Source: an uncultured Oscillospiraceae bacterium
GTDB taxonomy: Bacteria > Bacillota > Clostridia > Oscillospirales > Oscillospiraceae
Direction: 5' to 3'
Assembly (NCBI GenBank): GCA_964499615.1
Contig: CAZCLX010000001.1
Span: forward strand, 1 to 52,700
Length of the DNA: 52,700 nucleotides
The position numbers and the translations under genes are program-made. The notes beneath the pieces are model-generated. The model made no database searches. It was given only the letters and a program-made list of their open reading frames with translations, and was not told the origin of the DNA. Below, one piece after another: positions 46,106 to 52,700 of the stretch. How positions within the stretch are numbered: the stretch's first letter is position 1; each line of letters begins with the position of its first letter.

Positions 46106-48223
46106 TTATGGGATGTCTTTTTCCCGGCATTGGCAGGTGAAGAGAATTACTTGGCGGGACTGGGCTGCTTCTTTCAGAATTTCCATAGCGGCAGCCAGCC
46201 TGCTGTCATCAAAGCGGATCAGAGCATCATCCAGAATGAGAGGCGCGTTTGGAGCCAGTGCTTCTGCCGACGCCAGCCGCAGAGAAAGGTACAGCTGATC
46301 CATGGTGCCGTCGCTGCGCCAAAGGGAATCCCGGAGAATGTCCTCCGTCTCCGCCTCCGCATGAAGGGATAGGTCTTCCCCCAATGTGATACGGCGGTAC
46401 CGGCCTTGGGTCATAGCACCCATCAGCGCCTGGGTTCGCTGAGTGATTCTGGGGGAAAAACGGCGATGCAGCTCCGCCGACGCGTCGGAAAGGGTTGCCA
46501 AGGCAAGGGAGAGCGCTTCTTCGTAGGCTTTTAGCCTCCGAACCCGGGTCTCGGCAGCATCCAAAGCGGAAGATAGCGCGTTTTTCTCTCCCAGAGATTC
46601 CATCCTGCCCTGGTACTGTCCCAAGCGGGTGCGCAGACGCTGCTGCTCCTGCACCGCCTCGGAAAGAAGCCGCGCAGTCTCTTCCCGGGAATAGACCAGG
46701 GAGTCCGGCTGAGCAGGCGGCTGGGCATGGCGCGCCATGTCCTTCAGAGAGGCAAGATGATTTTCCGCCTTCTGAACATCCCGGCGGGCGTTGTAGTAGC
46801 TATCCCATTGGGAGACTGCCTGCTGCCAGCAGGCGAGGGCGTCTTCCGGTTCCTGACTGCCGCAGAGGCTCTCCTTTTCGGTTTTCAAGGAAGCAATCCT
46901 GCTGTCCAGTTCCCGGCGGGATGCCCAGTAGCGCGCCATCTCCTCCCGGTAGGAAAGAAGTCCCGTCCGGTAAGCGTCAGCGTTTTGACGCCACTGCTCC
47001 GGAGGAGTGCCCCGATATTTTTTCAGCAGTTCCTTACGAAGTTTTTCCTGACGTGCCCGTAGGATAAATCCAAAGAGAAGCCCCGCCGCAGCGGCAACCA
47101 GCAAGATTATGCCGGCTGTGGTGTGCCGGAAGACCAGCAGAAGGGCCCCAAGCACTGCGGCAACAGTACCAAGAGTGATCGCCATAAGATAGGAGCTTGG
47201 TTTCAAATCGTGGTAGCGTCTGCTGTCCGCTTCTGCCATTGCGACAGCATCCTCCGGATCCATATCTGAAAAGGGCGGTTCCGCGTCCTGCGGCTCTGGC
47301 GGGGAGGGGAGCAATTCCTCTTCAATGTGGAGAGCACCAGTTTGCTGACAGAGTTGCCGGAGAAGGCGTACCTTTTCCTCCGCTTTCTCTCGGGATGGCA
47401 GGGCGGCGCACCGCCGCTCCAGGGCTTCCACTTGTGCCGCTGCCACGGTATATTCCTCCTGGGCCTGAGCAACCTTTGCGGCATCCGCCTGGGCCTCGGA
47501 ATATTGCAGCGCCTGGACATGATTTTGCAGGCTCTGCTGCCACGCAGCAGCTTCACCAAGACGGAGGCGCAGCGCTTTTTCTTCCTGCTCCAGAGCGTTT
47601 CGCTCCCGGAGCCTTTCCTCCAGTGCGTCCTTTTGGGATTCCGCCTGGGGCAGAAGTCCGGTTCGATTGTATCGGCAGTGGTTTTTCAGATCCCGGAGAG
47701 CGTCTCCCAGGCGATCCGCCTCGCCGCTTTCATCCCCGGTGGTGACCAAGGTGTTGAGCCGACGCCGAAGAGCCTCATCCTGGGTCACAGGCAGATCAGA
47801 AAAGCGGATGAAACAGGTACGGCGAAAAACACTCTGCTCCACACCAAGCAGCATTTCTCCGCAGTTTTCCGCCGTCAGTTCCGGCACATCCAGACCGGAC
47901 TGGGTTTCGAAGGCTCGGAACACCCCAAGAGGAACCCGGCCCCGGGTGCTCCTCTGAATGGTAATATCCCGCCCGTCCCAGTCAAAACGGATTTCCCCAG
48001 CCATAGGGGTGCCGGACCAGGGACGGTAGTGCTCCTTATCCGCCAGTGCGGTTTTCGTGGATTTGGCCCGGGTATCCAGTCCGTAGAGCATGGCGCAGAG
48101 GAAGGCGCACCAGGTGCTTTTTCCCCACTCATTGGGGGCGGAGATCACGTTCAGCCCCGGATTCAGAGTCAGAGTATCGTGTTCCAGCTTGCCGAAGGTA
48201 GCAGTCATGGAAAGAATTCTCAC
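46106..48223 (-). CDS. SMC/SbcC-like (YhaN-type) coiled-coil ATPase with two internal TM helices
   Basis: TFGKL, APNEWGKST, coiled coils, SDGTMDQLYLSLRL, LILDDAL, QVILFTC; GTG start overlapping the upstream stop. Confidence 0.82.
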   Translation of the reverse strand: MRILSMTATFGKLEHDTLTLNPGLNVISAPNEWGKSTWCAFLCAMLYGLDTRAKSTKTALADKEHYRPWSGTPMAGEIRFDWDGRDITIQRSTRGRVPLGVFRAFETQSGLDVPELTAENCGEMLLGVEQSVFRRTCFIRFSDLPVTQDEALRRRLNTLVTTGDESGEADRLGDALRDLKNHCRYNRTGLLPQAESQKDALEERLRERNALEQEEKALRLRLGEAAAWQQSLQNHVQALQYSEAQADAAKVAQAQEEYTVAAAQVEALERRCAALPSREKAEEKVRLLRQLCQQTGALHIEEELLPSPPEPQDAEPPFSDMDPEDAVAMAEADSRRYHDLKPSSYLMAITLGTVAAVLGALLLVFRHTTAGIILLVAAAAGLLFGFILRARQEKLRKELLKKYRGTPPEQWRQNADAYRTGLLSYREEMARYWASRRELDSRIASLKTEKESLCGSQEPEDALACWQQAVSQWDSYYNARRDVQKAENHLASLKDMARHAQPPAQPDSLVYSREETARLLSEAVQEQQRLRTRLGQYQGRMESLGEKNALSSALDAAETRVRRLKAYEEALSLALATLSDASAELHRRFSPRITQRTQALMGAMTQGRYRRITLGEDLSLHAEAETEDILRDSLWRSDGTMDQLYLSLRLASAEALAPNAPLILDDALIRFDDSRLAAAMEILKEAAQSRQVILFTCQCREKDIP

Positions 48224-49275
48224 GGCAGCGTCACCTCCCGACCTTCCAGAAGCGCCAGAGAAATTTCCGCCGCTAAAATGGCGGCGTCCCGGGTGGCGGG
48301 ATTCTGGGCTTTTTCCTGAAGCATCCGGAAATAGACACCCCGGAGCGTGTCCGCGCCTGCCTGCGCCCACAGTGTTTCCGGGGCGACAGTCCTGTCAATA
48401 AATTCCAGATGGGGATAGCGGGTTAGCAGAGACTGAAGCTTTTCCCGGTCAAGCTGACCGAGACCGGTGAAGGTAAGGCGAAAAAAATCCCGGCTTTCCC
48501 CAGGAGGGAGAATCTTTTCCAGAGTGTTCCACTCCGACAGGGGAATTTCACCAACAGTGAACCGGGGGGTATCCAGTGCAACCGGCTGAATCTGAGCAGT
48601 ATCATCCAGGGAAACCAGGAAGACGCCCTTTTCCCCAGTTTCATCCCAGCCCCTTCCCATGGGGCAGCCTGGCCATCCGCAGAGTGTGTCTCCTGCTCGG
48701 AAGGATCCGGCTTTGTGAATGTGACCCAGCGCAAGGTAGCAAAGACCTGATTGCCGAATCTGAGCGGCGGTGACAGGACAGTAGGGGGAGGTTTGGGACA
48801 CGGGGTCACCGTGAAGAACGCAGACGGAGGTTAGTCCGTCATCCTCTGCCCGAAAGCCATCCAGCAGCCCTTCGCAGTCTATGCTGCGGTATCCCGCACC
48901 GTACACACGAAGCTCCAGATCAGGCAGCACCAGAGAGGATATACCGCCGTCAAATATGTGGACATTTTCCGGCCATTTTCTTTCCCAGGGGGAATCCACG
49001 GAAAGGAAGTCATGGTTGCCTGGGGAAATAAGCACCGGGACGCCGCAGCTTTCCAATGCGTCCCGGGCAGCATCCAAGCAGTCCCGGGTGAAGCTGCCGT
49101 CAAATACATCCCCCGCCAGCAGCACCCCATCACAGCCCTCCCGGCGGCAGAGAGAAGCAATTTTTTCCGGAAGGCGCCGGTTCTCCTGACGAAGATACTC
49201 CCTTTCCTCCCCGGAAAAGGAGGCAAAGGGAGAATCCAGATGCCAATCCGCCGTATGAAGCAGTTTTCGTTTCAT
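48220..49275 (-). CDS. SbcD/Mre11-like (YhaO-type) metallophosphoesterase nuclease
   Basis: LHTADWHL, LAGDVFD, PGNHD, LHG, ALGHIH. Confidence 0.88.
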   Translation of the reverse strand: MKRKLLHTADWHLDSPFASFSGEEREYLRQENRRLPEKIASLCRREGCDGVLLAGDVFDGSFTRDCLDAARDALESCGVPVLISPGNHDFLSVDSPWERKWPENVHIFDGGISSLVLPDLELRVYGAGYRSIDCEGLLDGFRAEDDGLTSVCVLHGDPVSQTSPYCPVTAAQIRQSGLCYLALGHIHKAGSFRAGDTLCGWPGCPMGRGWDETGEKGVFLVSLDDTAQIQPVALDTPRFTVGEIPLSEWNTLEKILPPGESRDFFRLTFTGLGQLDREKLQSLLTRYPHLEFIDRTVAPETLWAQAGADTLRGVYFRMLQEKAQNPATRDAAILAAEISLALLEGREVTLP

Positions 49276-50042
49276 GAATCGATCCTTTCTGCCCGGAGGC
49301 ACAGGCCGGTGGAAGCGTCCAAAGTAAACAGAACCCCTTCCAGCTTGGTTTCCCCCTCTGCCCAGCGGTAGCGCTGCGTTAAATCTCCCCGAAATTTGGC
49401 GATAGATAAGTCCGGGCGAATGCCCAGAACCGATTCCTTAGGGCCGGTCATGCCAAGATCCGTTACATAGCCCGTTCCCTTGGGCAGCACCCGGGCGTCG
49501 GCAGTGGGCACATGGGTGTGTGTACCCCAGAGCGCACTGATCTTCCCGTCCAGCATATAGCCCATCGCCAGCTTTTCCGACGTGGCTTCCCCGTGAAATT
49601 CCACCAGGATCAGCCGGCTATCCAGTTTTTTCAAAATTTTATCGATAAGGAGAAAGGGGTTATCCGGCCCATAGTCCATATTGCATCTGCCGATCAGATC
49701 CACCACAGCCACATTCCCTGCTTTTGTCTCATAGATGTTCCACCCAATGCCGGGGGCTTGGGGCGCGTAGTTTGCCGGGCGGAGGATCCGGGGGCAGTCT
49801 TCCAGATAGGAAACCAGTTCCCGCTTTCCGTAGGTGTGGTTGCCCATGGTGATTACGTCTGCTCCCGCATCCAAGATCGCTTCCGCCTGGTCGGGGGTCA
49901 GCCCCACCACGCTGGCGTTTTCTCCGTTGACAACGGTGAAATCTGCTCCGGTTTTTCGGATCAGAGGGCGCAGACTGCTTCGGATCCGTTCCATTCCCGG
50001 GTTCCCGACCACATCGCCCACAGCAAGAATCCGAAGCTCCAT
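49272..50042 (-). CDS. ymdB: YmdB-family metallophosphoesterase
   Basis: GDVVG, NGEN, TMGNH, RPANY, HGEATSEK, GTHTHVPTAD, TDLGMTGP. Confidence 0.92.
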   Translation of the reverse strand: MELRILAVGDVVGNPGMERIRSSLRPLIRKTGADFTVVNGENASVVGLTPDQAEAILDAGADVITMGNHTYGKRELVSYLEDCPRILRPANYAPQAPGIGWNIYETKAGNVAVVDLIGRCNMDYGPDNPFLLIDKILKKLDSRLILVEFHGEATSEKLAMGYMLDGKISALWGTHTHVPTADARVLPKGTGYVTDLGMTGPKESVLGIRPDLSIAKFRGDLTQRYRWAEGETKLEGVLFTLDASTGLCLRAERIDS

Positions 50043-50061
50043 GATTTTCGCCTCCTGTTTT

Positions 50062-51213
50062 TTACCGCACAGATTTGGCGTATTCTGTGGGGGTAATTCC
50101 AAATTTTTCCTTAAACTGCCGGGAGAAATGGTGCACCGTAGAATATTGCAGCGCGGCAGCGATCTCCGTAAAGTTCAGGTTATTTTCCCGAATCATCTGC
50201 TTGCTCTCCTGGAGCTTCACCCGGCGGATGTATTCCCCAGGGGAGATCTGTAAATTTTTATGAAACAGCACCGTCAAATAGCTGGCGCTGACGTCTACCT
50301 CCTGGGCAACCATCGGTACAGACAATTTTTCCCGGATATGCTGGGAAATAAACTGCTGCGCCCGGCGAATTACTTCATTTTCACTGTGTACGGTGTTGGT
50401 GTTTTGCAGCTTGCTGCCGCTGGGAGCTTCCGCTTCCCGAAGGAGGATCATCATCAGCATGCTTAGCTGGGCAAGAATCATATCGTCGGAATAATCATCC
50501 ATCCGCTCCTGCTCCCGGAGCATTCCCTGGAGCATGGTGACTGCCTGCCTGGGCGCGGCAAACCGGCGGTTTAACAGGGGCGTCAGCTCCCCGCCGATGT
50601 AGTCAAAGGAAACGGTGATAAACCGGGGCGCGACACCGATATCCGCGTACTGCATATGCCACTGATTTGGACCGTAAACCACAATATCCCCCTGCTTCAG
50701 TGTCAGGTCACAGCCCTCCACCACCGAGTGAAGTTCTCCCTGATCCACATAGGTGAGTTCCGGCATAGGGTGGGACTCTCCGGGAAACAGGAAACCTTGC
50801 TCCTTTTCCTGGTAAAAAAAGGTATAGATCCCCTCCACCCGGAAGTGGTGGTTGACCCGAAGGTTGGAATTGTGACGAACCCGCAGGGCTTCCGGAACGC
50901 TTTTGGCAGACAGCTGAACCGATGCCTCCGCTTTAAAAGCCTCCATGGAAAAATAAATCCCTTCCCGGACGCACACCGGCTTATCCAGGTAAAAGCTGAT
51001 AAAATTTTCCCCGTCACTGCTGACGGAAAGCACGCTCATCCCGCTGCTGCAAGCAATACCTGTTTCCGATCTTGCCCGGTAGACGGTGGTTTCCGCCTGG
51101 GACAGGTTGATAATAAAGGACGCGCTGTTAGCAGCGGGACGCGATGCCCGTCCTCGCTCCGGCAGAACAGAGCCAAATCCCTGAAAAGTCATCTGATTGA
51201 GGTTTCGAATCAT
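50062..51213 (-). CDS. AraC-family regulator with cupin sensor and extra N-terminal domain
   Basis: GESHPMPELTYV...PNQWH cupin; C-terminal EIAAALQYSTVHHFSRQFKEKFGITPTEY. Confidence 0.85.
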   Translation of the reverse strand: MIRNLNQMTFQGFGSVLPERGRASRPAANSASFIINLSQAETTVYRARSETGIACSSGMSVLSVSSDGENFISFYLDKPVCVREGIYFSMEAFKAEASVQLSAKSVPEALRVRHNSNLRVNHHFRVEGIYTFFYQEKEQGFLFPGESHPMPELTYVDQGELHSVVEGCDLTLKQGDIVVYGPNQWHMQYADIGVAPRFITVSFDYIGGELTPLLNRRFAAPRQAVTMLQGMLREQERMDDYSDDMILAQLSMLMMILLREAEAPSGSKLQNTNTVHSENEVIRRAQQFISQHIREKLSVPMVAQEVDVSASYLTVLFHKNLQISPGEYIRRVKLQESKQMIRENNLNFTEIAAALQYSTVHHFSRQFKEKFGITPTEYAKSVR

Positions 51214-51345
51214 CCCGGCAGCCCTCCTTGGGAAAAATATACATCTTTATTATATCCGTTCATACAGGAAATGGCAAATGTTTTTCAGAAAAAAGTAAAA
51301 TAATAGAGCCGAAGAATTTTTTCTCCGGCTCCATCCAAAACGCCG

Positions 51346-52620
51346 TTATCGCTGGTACTCAAACTGCCAGTCGTAAATATCTACCGTGTCTCCATCCTGA
51401 ATCCCCATTTCCTCCAGGCGGGAAAACAGACCGCATTTACGAAGCTGGGTGTCGAAGTAGTTCCGGGACTCATAGTCGTCGAAATTGATGTCCTGAACCA
51501 GCCGCTCCAGCCACTGGCCTGTCACCATCCAGGTGCTGCCAAGATGCTCCACCGTCAGCTCCTTGGGATCCCCCACCTGGACAGGCTCTTCCCGGTACTC
51601 CGGCTCATAAATGGTCAGGGGAGGCAGGGTGCTGAGCTTTTGGGCGACAATGCGCATCAGCTCCCGGGTGCCCTGAGTGGTTCCGGCGGAAATTTTGTAT
51701 AAAGGGAAGCCCTTTTCTTCCGCTGCCGCCTGGAGGCGGGCAAGGTTATCGCTGTCCGGGGGCAGCAGGTCACATTTGTTTGCCGCCACGATCATGGGGC
51801 GGTCCCGAAGGTCAACGCTGTAGTGGTTCAGCTCCTCCAAAATGGCGTGGAAATCCTCCACAGGATCCCGACCCTCGCATCCGGACACATCCACCACGTG
51901 AACCAGGAGACGGCACCGGTCAATGTGTCGAAGGAAGTCGTGACCCAGTCCCGCTCCCTCAGCGGCGCCTTCGATGATGCCTGGAATGTCTGCCATGACG
52001 AAGGACACTCCTTCCTCCACATAGATGACGCCAAGGTTGGGGTAGAGGGTGGTAAAGTGGTAGTTGGCAATTTTGGGATGGGCGCCGGAGGTGACGGAAA
52101 GGAGGGTGGATTTCCCTACATTGGGGAAGCCCACAAGACCCACATCCGCCAGCAGCTTCAGCTCCAGGATCACGTCCCGCTCCACGCCGGGCGTCCCGGA
52201 GCGGGCGAACCGGGGAGCCTGCCGGGTGGCGGTGGCGTAGTGAGCATTGCCCCAGCCGCCCCGTCCGCCTTTGGCCAAGACGAAATCCTCTCCAGTGGAC
52301 ATATCCACAATGATCTGTCCGCTCTCCGCGTCCCGCACAACGGTTCCCCGGGGAACCTCCACAATCAGGTTTTCTCCCCGCTTGCCGCTCATATTCCGCC
52401 CCTGGCCATTAGCGCCGGACTGGGCGGCGTACTTCCGCTTGTACCGGAAGTCCAGCAAAGTGGATAGGTTGTCGTTCACCCGGAGAATGACGCTACCGCC
52501 GTGACCGCCGTCGCCCCCCTCGGGGCCGCCGGAGGCCACATATTTTTCCCGGTGGAACGCCACCGCGCCGTCTCCGCCTTTGCCGCCACAGACGGTGACG
52601 CGAACTTTATCTACGAACAT
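51346..52620 (-). CDS. obgE: GTPase ObgE/CgtA
   Basis: MFVD...GGDG Gly-rich Obg fold, GFPNVGKST, FTTL, DIPG, NKCD; C-terminal DUF1967-like domain. Confidence 0.97.
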   Translation of the reverse strand: MFVDKVRVTVCGGKGGDGAVAFHREKYVASGGPEGGDGGHGGSVILRVNDNLSTLLDFRYKRKYAAQSGANGQGRNMSGKRGENLIVEVPRGTVVRDAESGQIIVDMSTGEDFVLAKGGRGGWGNAHYATATRQAPRFARSGTPGVERDVILELKLLADVGLVGFPNVGKSTLLSVTSGAHPKIANYHFTTLYPNLGVIYVEEGVSFVMADIPGIIEGAAEGAGLGHDFLRHIDRCRLLVHVVDVSGCEGRDPVEDFHAILEELNHYSVDLRDRPMIVAANKCDLLPPDSDNLARLQAAAEEKGFPLYKISAGTTQGTRELMRIVAQKLSTLPPLTIYEPEYREEPVQVGDPKELTVEHLGSTWMVTGQWLERLVQDINFDDYESRNYFDTQLRKCGLFSRLEEMGIQDGDTVDIYDWQFEYQR

Positions 52621-52649
52621 AATCTCTACTCCTTATAGATAGTCATTAG

Positions 52650-52700
52650 GGAAGCTCTGAATAAATCGGCAAGAGCTGGTGGCGAAGGATTTTGTCCCAG
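52650..52700. mobile_element. Terminal fragment of an IS5-like element/MITE, inverted relative to 1-50
   Basis: GGAAGCTCTGAATAAATCGGCAAGAGCTGGTGGCGAAGGATTTTGTCCCAG, preceded by TTAG (52646-49; YTAR). Confidence 0.65.

Noticed and set aside
1-52700. Whole window as a composite transposon bounded by inverted IS ends
   Set aside because: It carries housekeeping genes (obgE, lexA, alr), and the YTAR sites lie on the inner side, so these are best read as two independent insertions that broke the assembly.

Overview
A 52.7 kb chromosomal segment of a fairly GC-rich Clostridia-type Firmicute; an Oscillospiraceae-like host is inferred from gene content and style only. Both ends carry inverted copies of the same ~50 bp IS5-like terminus, which probably mark the contig breaks. 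From left to right: (1) A surface-glycan locus of ABC exporter, S24/S26 peptidase, CpsB-type tyrosine phosphatase, Ig-like membrane protein and two Wzc-like kinases. It converges on a three-gene operon encoding a 71-aa SPRTG micro-substrate, a class B sortase and an LCP protein, driven by a perfect sigma-A promoter. (2) GH13 glycosidase, lipoprotein, thioredoxin and a four-domain flavodiiron protein. (3) A MacAB/YknXYZ-like system with two adaptors, then an LRR lipoprotein. (4) A binding protein/kinase/AraC regulator sensor with an AfuABC/FbpABC-like importer and HAD phosphatase. (5) alr, a CapA-family gene, an XRE-TPR regulator and a DUF975-like gene. (6) A compact D-Ala-D-Lac glycopeptide-resistance cluster with vanRS convergent on vanHAX, directly downstream of a MurNAc recycling operon (murQ-murP-mupG-HAD, divergent murR). 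(7) lexA, nitroreductase, a YhaN/YhaO-like pair, ymdB, an AraC regulator and obgE. The best candidates for new biology are the micro-peptide/sortase/LCP module, possibly a peptide carrier that anchors polysaccharide, and the unusual van cluster with a terminator-like hairpin in the vanH leader. All assignments come from motif recognition by eye; no searches were run.
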